Positions 39,101 to 47,355 of a DNA stretch of 64,000 nt are shown here, piece by piece. Every line of letters begins with the position of its first letter. Position 1 is the stretch's first letter. The notes under the pieces are model-generated. The model made no database searches, was not told the DNA's origin, and worked only from the letters and a program-made list of their open reading frames with translations. Source of the stretch: Myxococcota bacterium (GTDB lineage: Bacteria > Myxococcota_A > UBA9160 > SZUA-336). The position numbers and the translations under genes are program-made. Where the stretch lies: the NCBI GenBank assembly GCA_965247115.1, contig CBDFGR010000003.1, positions 1,440,001 through 1,504,000 on the forward strand, in the 5' to 3' direction.

Positions 39101-39358
39101 GCGCGCTTCCGCCCGATCGTCCTCACCTCCGTCACTACCTTCATGGGCCTGGTCCCGCTCATGTTCCTCGGCGGCACCGCCGCCTTCTTCATGATCCCCA
39201 TGGCCATCTCCCTCGCCTTCGGCGTCCTCTTCGCCACCGTCATCACCCTGATCCTCGTCCCCTGCGCCTACCTCATCCTGGAAGACGTGGCCGAACTCAG
39301 CAGCGGCGGACCCGCGGCCGCCGAGGCAGTCTTCACGGGCAGCGGCGGGGCCTCGTAG
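36164..39358 (+). CDS. RND efflux permease
   Basis: NSVAANLLM, GIVVDDAIVVGEN, RFRPIVLTS. Confidence 0.94.
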   Translation: MSRIIAWFVDNSVAANLLMCVLVVGGLLALPAIHLEEFPSVDLKVIQVTVEYLGAAPEEVSEGVCVRIEEAIEGAEGIDTIRSTAVEGVCAVIIELLESADSSDALDEIKNRIDGISTFPEETETPVVSRLLMRMLTLQIAVSGNADERTLKHLGQQVRDDIAALDGVSQVSLSFVRPYEISIEVSEDMLRRHGLTLDQVAAAVGRSSLDLPGGSLKTRGGEILLRAKGQAYRGGEFEEVVVLTRPDGTNVTLGEIAEVVDGFRDDDLKAYLDGKPAVLIRVERVGDEDMLEIAAAVKAYLEQARTRMPEGIELTIWSDRAADLEARVAALTGNARNGLILVLLILALFLRFRLAVWVAAGVPIAFLGALMAFPALGLSISTLSIMALILVLGIVVDDAIVVGENVYTHESKHEDQRRAAITGTQEVYVPVIFGVLTTVAAFFPLLIVPGRMGKMFVVIGATVIVCLLFSLIESQLILPAHLAHRRTRSKRGSSNTVVRGWSSFQEGMATRLEHFARDIYRPFLERALEWRYLTVAIGIGVLILTASLFTSGRMAFQFFPPVEGNRVSASLTMPRGTPLEMTARAVDKLESAAETLRAQIDSTRPEGEPSIFQHVLTGIGGKLVVDMGPDRPGFASSGAYEAEVMLELIPAAERAVGSNEIVRRWRELAGIIPDTVELTFLASEFHAGEAINVQLRGRDLDELRLAAAQLRTELAGFPGVRDIADSFRAGKQEVKLEILPTAKHLGLTQDDLARQVRQAFYGHQVQRIQRGRDDVRVMVRYPQSERASLGDLEDMRIRTADGTEVPFASVARVELGRGYATIQRTDREQVVNVTADVDRAVSRPEQVMGALERVGLPRVLSAHPGVSFNLEGEQEERTKAMGGLVRGFGLALLVIYALLAVPLRSYLQPLIIMSVIPFGAVGAIVGHLIMGMNLVFFSILGIVALSGVVVNASLVLVHYVNRTRSEGLPSHEAAAIAGLARFRPIVLTSVTTFMGLVPLMFLGGTAAFFMIPMAISLAFGVLFATVITLILVPCAYLILEDVAELSSGGPAAAEAVFTGSGGAS

Positions 39359-39374
39359 AGAGAAAGCGACAGTA

Positions 39375-39396
39375 CGACTCTCCCCGGGGAGAGTCG
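39375..39396. repeat. perfect 22-bp palindrome, family 2, copy 1
   Basis: cgactctccccggggagagtcg. Confidence 0.85.
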
Positions 39397-39515
39397 CACC
39401 TGGTGCGATCGCGCATCGGGAGCACTTGGCGACCGCGCTAGAGCTCCGCCAGGCTTCTTGCGCCTCGGCGTAGCTAAAGGTTACAACTGATACCTCCGAT
39501 GGTAACATTTGATTC

Positions 39516-39710
39516 GTGGGGAAGATACGGCGCGGGAACCTCATCTTCCTCACCTGGAAAGGCGACCATAGTCCCCGCCATGTTCATGTGTACAGGGAGG
39601 GAAAGCTCATCCTCAAGTGGGATCTCGAGAGCGATCGCGCCATGAAGGGCACATCCACACGAAGGATCCTAGCGATCATTCGAGAGCTTCAAGAAGAAGG
39701 CTTGCTATGA
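39516..39710 (+). CDS. DUF4160-like small protein (putative toxin)
   Basis: DHSPRHVHV motif; ATGA overlap with partner. Confidence 0.75.
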   Translation: MGKIRRGNLIFLTWKGDHSPRHVHVYREGKLILKWDLESDRAMKGTSTRRILAIIRELQEEGLL

Positions 39711-40192
39711 AGATTCGCAGAGCAACTCACAACAACCGCAAGAAGGCCTTCGAGGTCACGACCTATTCCGGCAAGACCTACTGCTTTCCCTATGCCAAGC
39801 TCCACGTCAAGCCATCTCCAACGAACAGGATCCAGCAAGTCTACGTCGACAAGGAGCTTGGAAACGAGGCGTTCACCTACGTCCTGGAATCTGGCGAGGA
39901 AGGCACGGTCCACATCGACCACGTTCTCGAGTACAACGAGGATCCCGCGTTGTTGCGGGATCTTCTCGTGTACAAGCTCACGGTCGAAGCCCAGGAGCGG
40001 ATAGAACGAAGCGCGCTCAGCACACGAGAGATCTGCCGGAAGCTCGGAACTTCCGCTGCGCAGCTCTATCGCCTGCTGGACCAGACAAATATGAGGAAAT
40101 CCATCAATCAGCTCGTCTCGCTGCTCCACATCCTCGATTGCGACGTCGATCTCGTAGTCAAGGAGCGGCCTTCCGAGGGCGCGCAGCCCTAG
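39707..40192 (+). CDS. putative antitoxin (DUF2442-like N-terminus plus XRE-type HTH)
   Basis: LSTREICRKLGTSAAQLYRLLD HTH; coupled to the DUF4160-like gene. Confidence 0.7.
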   Translation: MKIRRATHNNRKKAFEVTTYSGKTYCFPYAKLHVKPSPTNRIQQVYVDKELGNEAFTYVLESGEEGTVHIDHVLEYNEDPALLRDLLVYKLTVEAQERIERSALSTREICRKLGTSAAQLYRLLDQTNMRKSINQLVSLLHILDCDVDLVVKERPSEGAQP

Positions 40193-40210
40193 ATCTATAC
40201 TTCGCCGGAC

Positions 40211-40483
40211 TGGACCATCGGCGTGGACCTGGGGATCAGTACAGCGAGGTGTGTGTGCTGGACGCTGTCGGGGAGATCGAGAAGCGGCAGCGTATAGCGA
40301 CGACGAGTCAAGCGGCACAACGTGTCTTCGGCCCGTTGCCTAAGGCTCGGGTGGTCCTGGAAGCAGGGACCCACTCGCCCTGGCTGAGCCGATTGCTCCA
40401 GACGCTGGGGCACGAGGTCGTCGTCGCGACCCCGCGGCAGGTGCCGATCATCGGCGCAAGCATTACGAAGGACGACAAACGAG
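40211..40483 (+). pseudogene. IS110-family transposase N-terminal fragment, frameshifted and truncated
   Basis: TIGVDLG (frameshift in G run 40231-40234) DQYSEVCVLD...VVLEAGTHSPWLSRLL..LGHEVVVA.PR...KDDKR, then similarity stops. Confidence 0.8.
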
Positions 40484-40547
40484 CCGTGTGCTGCACCAGC
40501 GCGTCGAGCTCAGCTTCCGCTGCCTCGCTTAGAACGTACCGCGCCAC
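40483..40547 (-). pseudogene. truncated ParE/RelE toxin 5' end
   Basis: GGAG RBS; MARYVLSEAAEAELDAL matches RelE/ParE N-termini; frame then runs antisense into the IS110 fragment. Confidence 0.65.
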
Positions 40548-40923
40548 TCCCTTCCTGAGTGACGCGCCCAGCGCGGTCGTGGCGCTCCTGCAGCCGGCCG
40601 CGGATGCGCTCCATCGCGTGCTGCCCGTCTACCAGTTCACCGCGCTGGATGGCTTCGTATGTCGCGTCAAGACGCTCGCTCATCCTGGCCGCGAAGGCGT
40701 CGCGCTCTGCAGCCCACGCTACCTCGGAGACGCCCTCGGGCGGCCCCAGGTCAACTCCGTCGAGTAGCAGTGAACGGAGTCTCCCTTCGATCTCCTCGCG
40801 CCCCTCTCGCTGGATCTTCTCGCGCATCGCCTCACGCACCAGCTCTGCGACGGAACCGTACATGCCGCTCTGGAGCTTGCGCTGGATGTAGCTCTCGATC
40901 TCATCGGTGAAGTTGATGTTCAC
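40510..40923 (-). CDS. ParD-type RHH antitoxin
   Basis: MNINF...IQRKLQSGMYGSVAELVREAMR. Confidence 0.82.
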   Translation of the reverse strand: MNINFTDEIESYIQRKLQSGMYGSVAELVREAMREKIQREGREEIEGRLRSLLLDGVDLGPPEGVSEVAWAAERDAFAARMSERLDATYEAIQRGELVDGQHAMERIRGRLQERHDRAGRVTQEGSGAVRSKRGSGS

Positions 40924-41010
40924 GCGTGGAACTTAGTCGTCCTGTCCAAGATTGTCCAGATAGGACACATCAGGACATATCAGAAGTCCCAGGGCTTCGT
41001 AGCGAGAGGC

Positions 41011-41032
41011 GCACTCTCCCCGGGGAGAGTGC
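41011..41032. repeat. perfect 22-bp palindrome, family 2, copy 2
   Basis: gcactctccccggggagagtgc; shares the 18-bp core with 39377-39394. Confidence 0.85.
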
Positions 41033-41036
41033 ACCC

Positions 41037-41379
41037 TCAGACCTTCTTGGCCTTCAGTCCGATCACGCGGCCGACGTAGCTCGGGATCGGGAGCTTCTCG
41101 TCGGCGGCCTGGATCTCGGCGAGGCGCGTATGGACTTCGGGGGCCATGGGCACGCTGCGGCGGGTCTTGGTGCTGACGTGGAACGACATCAGCTCGTTCG
41201 TCGAGGCGAGGAAGCCCTCCTCCGCGTGGTACATCTCGTGCGCGTAGTGGAAGCGCTTGGCGTCGCAGCCGAAGAGCTGGGTCGTGAAGCGGAGCGGGTC
41301 GCCAAGGCGGAGCTCGCGCTGGAAGGTGACGTGTGACTCCACGCTGAACGTGGTGACGTCGTTCGCTGCCTTGAAGTGC
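41037..41379 (-). pseudogene. 3' part of a 4HBT-type acyl-CoA thioesterase, cut by the IS
   Basis: TFSVESHVTFQREL, DAKRFHYAHEM, PSYVGRVIG; 5' half absent. Confidence 0.75.
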
Positions 41380-41383
41380 CTAG

Positions 41384-42658
41384 CAGGCTGCTGAAAAACT
41401 CCTCATCGAAGGGTACCTTGGGAGCGAGCCCCAAAGGGGGAGGCGTGAGAGGACAGGGGACGCTTCAGGGCGGGATGTTCAGCTACGTGTCGCTGGAGTC
41501 GCGGATTCCGGATGATCATCCGCTTCGAGCGATGCGGCGCATGGTCGACACGGCGCTGCAGCGGCTATCGCCGCGCTTCGACGCGATCTACGCCAGAGGC
41601 GTAGGGCGCCCGTCCGTGCCCCCGGAGCAGCTGCTGCGCGCCCTGCTGCTGCAGGTGCTCTACACCATCCGGAGCGAGCGGCAGCTGGTGGAGCAGCTGG
41701 AGTACAACCTGCTGTATCGCTGGTTCGTGGGTCTGGAGCTTGACGAGGTGGTGTTCAGCGCCACGGTGTTCACGAAGAACCGAGACCGGCTGCTCAAGGG
41801 CGAGATTGCCGAGCACTTCTTCGACGCAGTGCTGGAGCAGGCCGAGACCGAGGGATGGGTGTCGTTGGAGCACTTCACGGTAGACGGGACGCTGATCGAG
41901 GCGTGGGCGAGCCAGAAGAGCTTCGTACGGAAGGACGAGGAACGGAGAGACGACGATGACCCGGGCAACCCGACGGTGAACTTCCGAGGCGAGAAGCGGA
42001 GCAACCAGACGCATGCGTCGACGACGGATCCCGACGCACGACTCGCCGGTATGAGAGGCCAAGGCGCCCGACTCGCGTACCAGGGACACGTGGTGACGGA
42101 GAACCGGAACGGCTTGGTGGTCGCGGCGAAGCTCACGCAGGCGTCGGGATATGCGGAGCGCGAAGCGGCGCTCGAGATGGTGGAAGGTCTGGGAGGCGGG
42201 CGTCGGAGGACATTGGGCGGAGACAAGGGCTTCGACACGAAGGGGTTCGTGGAAGAGCTTCGAGAGTTGGGCGTGACCCCACACGTGGCGCAGAACACGA
42301 CGAATCGACGCAGCGCGATCGACGGGCGGACGACGCGCCACCGGGGCTACGAACTGAGTCAGCGTTTTCGCAAACGGGTGGAAGAGGTCTTCGGCTGGAT
42401 GAAGACCGTGGGGCTGATGCGCAAGACCCGACACCGCGGCACGGATCGGGTCGGCTGGGTCTTCACCTTCACGGCCGCAGCCTACAACCTGATCCGGATC
42501 CGCAAGCTGCTGGAGGCCACGTAGGTCATGTGCGAAACCGCCCCGCGATCAGCGGAGCCCAAGACCGGTTCGAACCGGGAATCGCGCCCCGCCCCTCGGC
42601 CGGTGAACCCCCTCGTCGGAAGGACCACCCCTCAACCAGTCACTTTCTCCGCAGCCTG
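41384..42658 (+). mobile_element. complete IS5-family insertion sequence
   Basis: Imperfect terminal IRs CAGGCTGCTGAAAAACT / CAGGCTGCGGAGAAAGT (rc); CTAG on both sides (41380-41383, 42659-42662). Confidence 0.9.
41445..42524 (+). CDS. IS5-family DDE transposase
   Basis: GRPSVPPE, VDGTLIEAWAS, DKGFD, RKRVEEVFGW; GGAGG RBS. Confidence 0.93.
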   Translation: MRGQGTLQGGMFSYVSLESRIPDDHPLRAMRRMVDTALQRLSPRFDAIYARGVGRPSVPPEQLLRALLLQVLYTIRSERQLVEQLEYNLLYRWFVGLELDEVVFSATVFTKNRDRLLKGEIAEHFFDAVLEQAETEGWVSLEHFTVDGTLIEAWASQKSFVRKDEERRDDDDPGNPTVNFRGEKRSNQTHASTTDPDARLAGMRGQGARLAYQGHVVTENRNGLVVAAKLTQASGYAEREAALEMVEGLGGGRRRTLGGDKGFDTKGFVEELRELGVTPHVAQNTTNRRSAIDGRTTRHRGYELSQRFRKRVEEVFGWMKTVGLMRKTRHRGTDRVGWVFTFTAAAYNLIRIRKLLEAT

Positions 42659-42732
42659 CTAGGCAGCGGCCGAATGCTGTTGATCTCGACTTCCCACGGG
42701 GCCAAAGTGGAGTCGGGAAGGACGGGACCGGT

Positions 42733-45700
42733 GTGAGCATCCTCGAGACCATCGAGAGCGCGAGGGCCTTTCTGGAGCGCAACGGGCGCGTCTCCCTCCG
42801 CGTCTTGAAGCGCGAGTTCGAGCTCGACGACGAAACTCTCGACGAGCTGGTCGAGGAGCTCGTCGACGTGCAGCAGGTGGCGGCTCGCAAGGGCAAGGTC
42901 CTCTCGTGGGTTATCCCGGTCCCTAGCAGGACGGTCGCCGAGGAGCCGGAGACGCAGGCCGCTCCCACGCCTACGCCGCAGCTATCCGCGCCCCCCCAAG
43001 TCGCCGAGGGCGAGCACCGCCAGCTCACCGTGATGTTCTGCGACCTGGTCGGCTCCACTGAGCTCTCCGAGCGTCTCGACGCCGAAGCCCTGTCCGAAGT
43101 TGTAACCGCTTATCAGAAGACCTGCGCCGCGAGCATCGAGAGCTTCGATGGACACATTGCCCAGTATCTCGGCGACGGCGTGCTCGTCTACTTTGGCTAC
43201 CCGCTCGCGCACGAGGACGACGCGATGCGTGCGATCCACGCGGCCTTGCGCATCCTCGAGGAAGTTCCAGGACTGAACAGCCGTCTGGTCGAGGAACACG
43301 CGGCGTTGCGTGAGCAGCCGTTGCAGGTACGCGTCGGAATTCACACGGGCCCGGTCGTCGTGGGCGAGCTGGGAAGTGGTGAGAAGCGCGAACGACTTGC
43401 GCTGGGCAACACCGTGAACATTGCGGCGCGGCTCGAGGGGGAGGCCGAACCGGGCTCGATCGTCGTGAGCAACGCGACGCGGCACCTGGTGCGGGGCGTG
43501 TTCGTCTTCGAGGAGCTTGGGGAACGTTCGCTCAAGGGAATCGAAGGGCCGGTCGCCCTCTCTCGCCCCGTGCAAGCGACGGGTGGTGTTCGGAGTCGGC
43601 TCGCGCTGGCCGAAGCCTCGGGGCTTACACCCCTGGTCGGACGCGAGCAGCAGGTCGGACTCGTGCTCGAGCGCTGGGAGGAGGCAAAGGCGGGACACGG
43701 CCAGGTGGTCTTGCTCTCGGGCGAGGCGGGGATGGGCAAGTCGCGTTTGATCGAAGTGCTGCGTAAGCACGCCGCGGACGAGCCCCATACCTGGAACGAA
43801 CTGCGCGGCTCGGCCTACCACCAGAACAGCGCTTTCCACCCCGTGATCGAGCTCATCGAGCGGGCGGTGATGTTCACGGAAACCGATTCGCCCGAGGCGC
43901 GCGTGGCGAAGCTCGCGCGAGCGCTCGGCTACTCGGGCTTTCCGACCGAAGAGATCCTCCTGCTCGTTGCCGACTTTCTCGGTCTGCCCCCGCCCGAGAA
44001 CTTGCCTCCGCTGGCGCTCAGCCCCGAGGCGCGGCGAAGGAGGATTCTGGAGACGTTTGCGGTGTGGCCGGTTGCGCTCGCGCAGCGGCAACCCATGATC
44101 ATGATCGCGGAGGATCTGCACTGGTACGACCCCTCCAGTCTGGAAGCCGTGGGCATGCTGATCGAGCAGGTCCCCGCGGCTCCGATTCTCTTGATCGCCA
44201 CCTTCCGCCCCGAATTCGAACCGCCCTGGCCGAGCCGCGCGCGGCTGATGCATCTGCCCCTCCAGCCGCTGACTCCCAAGCAGAGCGAGGCGATGGCCCG
44301 CTACCTCACCGGCGGCAAGCAGCTGCCGCTCAAGGTGCGGGAGGAGATCGTGGCCAAGACGGACGGTGTACCTCTCTTCGTGGAGGAGCTCACGAAGAGC
44401 ATCCTGGAGTCGGACTTGGTGGTGGAGAGCGATGAGCGCTTCGAGCGGAGCGATCCCCTGCCGGATCTTGCGATTCCAACGACCCTTCGCGACTCGCTCA
44501 CGGCGCGACTCGATCGGCTCGGGCCTGCAAAGGAGGTGGCTCAGCTCGCGTCAGTGCTCGGACGCGAATTCTCTCACGATGTGCTCCGGATCGTCTCGCC
44601 CTTGGAGCCTGCAGCGTTGGATCAGGCCCTCGGGGAGCTGGTCGGCGCGGGCCTTCTGTACCAGCGAGGCATCCCGCCGCTCGCCACCTATGTCTTCAAG
44701 CACGCCCTGATCCAGGACGCGGCGTACCAGTCGCTGCTCAAGAAGACGCGGCGCGAACACCACGCGCGGATCGCACAGGTGCTCGAGGAGCGTATCCCAG
44801 AGCGTGCCGCGATCGAGCCGGAGGTCCTGGCGCGCCACTACGAGGAGGCGGGGCTCGCCGCACGGGCGATTGCCTTCTACGAGCGGGCGGGCCAGCGGGC
44901 GACCGAGCGGTCGGCAAGCGCCGAGGCGATTGAGCATCTCTCGAAAGGGATCGAGCTCCTTCGTACCCTCCCGGGAGGCCCCGATCGAGACCGCCGCGAG
45001 CTCCGTCTCCGGCTCGCCCTTGGGGCTCCCTTGCATAGCGCCCGCGGTCAGGGAAGCGCCGAGGTCGAGGAAACCTATGCTCGGGCGCTCGAACTCTGCC
45101 GGGAGGTCGGCGACCCACCGGAGCTGTTTCAGGCGCTCTCGGGACTCCAGATCTTCTATAGGAACCAGGGGCCGGTCGCGCGCGCCATCGAGCTCGGCGA
45201 GGAGCTGCTCGAACTCGCGGAGCGGACGGGCGACACCTCGCAACTCCTGCTCGCTCACTCCGGCCTCGCCCACTCCCTCTTCCCTCACGGGGACTTCTCC
45301 AAGGCGTTGGAGCACTGCGAGCAGGCACTCGCTGTCTACGATCCGAGCGAGCATCGATCACTCGCGTACGTCTACGGGCTGGATCCGGGGATCAGCTCGC
45401 TGAACCTCTCGTCGTGGGCTCTCTGGCAGCTCGGCTTTCCAGAGCGCGCCTTGCAGCGGAGCGAGCAGTCGATCGAGCTGGCGCGGGAAGGCACCCATCT
45501 GTTCAGCATCGCCTCCGCCCTCGTATATGCCGCAGTCGTTCATCTCCTGCGCGGGGAGCCCCCGGCAGCGATGGAGCGGGCCGAGGAAGCGATCGCCATT
45601 TCGACGCAGCATGGTCTGCCGGTCTGGTTGGCCTTTGGGCTACTCCTGCGCGCCTGGGCTCTCTCGCGCGTCGACGACGTGGAGGGCGCCGGCCGCACGA

Positions 45701-46161
45701 TCGGCGAAATGCAGCAGGCCGTGGCCCAGGCGCAAGGAAGTGGCAACGTCCTGTCCATTCCCGGTCCCCTCGGCCTGGCGGCGGAGACGTTCCGCAGGGT
45801 CGGGCGGCTGGAGGAGGCGCTGGGTTCCGTCAACGCTGGGCTCGCCCGGTCGGCCGAGGGACACGTGCCCTTCTGGGACGTGGAGCTCCACCGGTTGAAG
45901 GGAGAGATCCGGCTGGCGCAGGACCCCGCCGCGGTCGAGGAAGCCGAAAGCCTCTTCCTTCGGGCGATCGAGATCGCGAAGAGCCAGGAGGCAAAATCCT
46001 TCGAGCTCCGCGCGGCCACGAGCCTCGCCCGCCTCTGGCCCCGGCAGGGCAAGAAGGACGAGGCCCGCGAGCTCCTCGCTCCGATCTACGACTGGTTCAC
46101 CGAAGGCTTCGACACGCAGGACTTGAAGGACGCGCAGGCGCTGTTGGAGGAGCTGGCGTAG
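42733..46161 (+). CDS. class III adenylate/guanylate cyclase with AAA ATPase and TPR domains
   Basis: MFCDLVGST, YLGDG, GNTVNIAARL, GEAGMGKSRL, EDLHW, WFTEGFDT. Confidence 0.92.
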   Translation: MSILETIESARAFLERNGRVSLRVLKREFELDDETLDELVEELVDVQQVAARKGKVLSWVIPVPSRTVAEEPETQAAPTPTPQLSAPPQVAEGEHRQLTVMFCDLVGSTELSERLDAEALSEVVTAYQKTCAASIESFDGHIAQYLGDGVLVYFGYPLAHEDDAMRAIHAALRILEEVPGLNSRLVEEHAALREQPLQVRVGIHTGPVVVGELGSGEKRERLALGNTVNIAARLEGEAEPGSIVVSNATRHLVRGVFVFEELGERSLKGIEGPVALSRPVQATGGVRSRLALAEASGLTPLVGREQQVGLVLERWEEAKAGHGQVVLLSGEAGMGKSRLIEVLRKHAADEPHTWNELRGSAYHQNSAFHPVIELIERAVMFTETDSPEARVAKLARALGYSGFPTEEILLLVADFLGLPPPENLPPLALSPEARRRRILETFAVWPVALAQRQPMIMIAEDLHWYDPSSLEAVGMLIEQVPAAPILLIATFRPEFEPPWPSRARLMHLPLQPLTPKQSEAMARYLTGGKQLPLKVREEIVAKTDGVPLFVEELTKSILESDLVVESDERFERSDPLPDLAIPTTLRDSLTARLDRLGPAKEVAQLASVLGREFSHDVLRIVSPLEPAALDQALGELVGAGLLYQRGIPPLATYVFKHALIQDAAYQSLLKKTRREHHARIAQVLEERIPERAAIEPEVLARHYEEAGLAARAIAFYERAGQRATERSASAEAIEHLSKGIELLRTLPGGPDRDRRELRLRLALGAPLHSARGQGSAEVEETYARALELCREVGDPPELFQALSGLQIFYRNQGPVARAIELGEELLELAERTGDTSQLLLAHSGLAHSLFPHGDFSKALEHCEQALAVYDPSEHRSLAYVYGLDPGISSLNLSSWALWQLGFPERALQRSEQSIELAREGTHLFSIASALVYAAVVHLLRGEPPAAMERAEEAIAISTQHGLPVWLAFGLLLRAWALSRVDDVEGAGRTIGEMQQAVAQAQGSGNVLSIPGPLGLAAETFRRVGRLEEALGSVNAGLARSAEGHVPFWDVELHRLKGEIRLAQDPAAVEEAESLFLRAIEIAKSQEAKSFELRAATSLARLWPRQGKKDEARELLAPIYDWFTEGFDTQDLKDAQALLEELA

Positions 46162-46183
46162 GGAGCCCGATCCACAATATTTC

Positions 46184-46237
46184 GAACTTCTTTGTCCGGA
46201 CAAGAAGTTCAGATTAAGGACCGTCCCTAAGTTCAGA
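46184..46237 (-). repeat. REP-like element C
   Basis: Minus strand aacttagggacggtccttaatctgaacttc (46233-46204) abutting the GT4 stop; adjacent hairpin gaacttctttgtccggacaagaagttc. Confidence 0.8.
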
Positions 46238-47306
46238 CGCCGGCCACTTCTTTGTAGAGGGCGCGCATGTTGCTCGCGGATGCTCTCCATGACATCTCTC
46301 GGGCTCGCGCTAGGCCCAGGGTGCGGAGGCGGTCGGCGAGCTCGCTGTCGAGGAGGATTCTTCGCAGGGCGTCCGAGAGCGCGTCGACGTCGGTCGCGTT
46401 GATGAGGAGGGCCGCGTCGCCCGCTGCCTCGGGAAGCGAGGCCGCGCGCGAACAGACGACGGGCGTGCCGCACGCCATTGCCTCCAGGACCGTCAGTCCG
46501 AAGCCCTCGTAGAGACTGGGCACGGCGCATACGCGCGCCGCGCTGATGAGGGCGACGAGGTCGGTGTGGGAGAGGGACTCGAGACGGGTGACGCGGTCCT
46601 GCATCTTCGTTGTCCGGATCGTCTCCTGGACTGCAGGCTCTGCGTCTGCGGCCCGTCCGACGAGCACGAGGCGAACGCCCTCGAGCGGGGCCACCGCGCG
46701 CACGAGGGTCTCGAAGTTCTTGCGGGGCGTCACGATGCCGATCGAGATGACGTAGTCGCCGTGCTTCGCTCGGAGCCTCTCCACATCCGCCTGAGAAGCT
46801 GGCGCATACGCATCGGCATCGACCCCGAGCAGAACGGGATGGACGCGATCCCGCGAGAGCCGGTATTCCTCGCGGACCTCGCGAGCCGTGAACTTGCTGT
46901 ACGTGACGACGTGGTCGGCGCGTCCGACGGCCTCGCGGATGCGCCGGCTGCGGCGCTCGTGCCACCTCTCGGTCACCCACTGGACGTTCCGCACGGCGTT
47001 CAGGTCGTGCACCGTCACGAGCTTGGTGATGCGCGGCGTGCGGGGCACGTAGATGCCCATGGAGTGCAGCAGGCGGTCGCCGACCAGCGGGAGGGCGTTC
47101 AACGGATCCTGCAGCACGCGAATGCGCGCGTTGGGCGCGTCTGGCCGGAACAGGTGACCCTTGCGCCAGCGCGAGAGCCGGTAGCAGAGGTGGTAGCGCG
47201 TCTCCGGGTCGAGCTGCAGCAGCTCGCCAACGATGTGTCGGATGGCTCCGCCGATTCCGCCGTACGGGGGTCTGCCCGCCGCCGAGCTGACCTCGAGCGC
47301 GATCAT
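46233..47306 (-). CDS. GT4 glycosyltransferase
   Basis: TVHDL, PRKN, YEGFGLTVLEAMACGTPVV. Confidence 0.92.
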   Translation of the reverse strand: MIALEVSSAAGRPPYGGIGGAIRHIVGELLQLDPETRYHLCYRLSRWRKGHLFRPDAPNARIRVLQDPLNALPLVGDRLLHSMGIYVPRTPRITKLVTVHDLNAVRNVQWVTERWHERRSRRIREAVGRADHVVTYSKFTAREVREEYRLSRDRVHPVLLGVDADAYAPASQADVERLRAKHGDYVISIGIVTPRKNFETLVRAVAPLEGVRLVLVGRAADAEPAVQETIRTTKMQDRVTRLESLSHTDLVALISAARVCAVPSLYEGFGLTVLEAMACGTPVVCSRAASLPEAAGDAALLINATDVDALSDALRRILLDSELADRLRTLGLARAREMSWRASASNMRALYKEVAGV

Positions 47307-47355
47307 CAACCACTTGATACCGGAAAAGGGCACCGGACGGTATGCTTCGTCGCCC

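Noticed and set aside
40211..40483. Functional IS110 bridge-RNA system
   Set aside because: Only a frameshifted N-terminal fragment remains, with no recognisable non-coding end.
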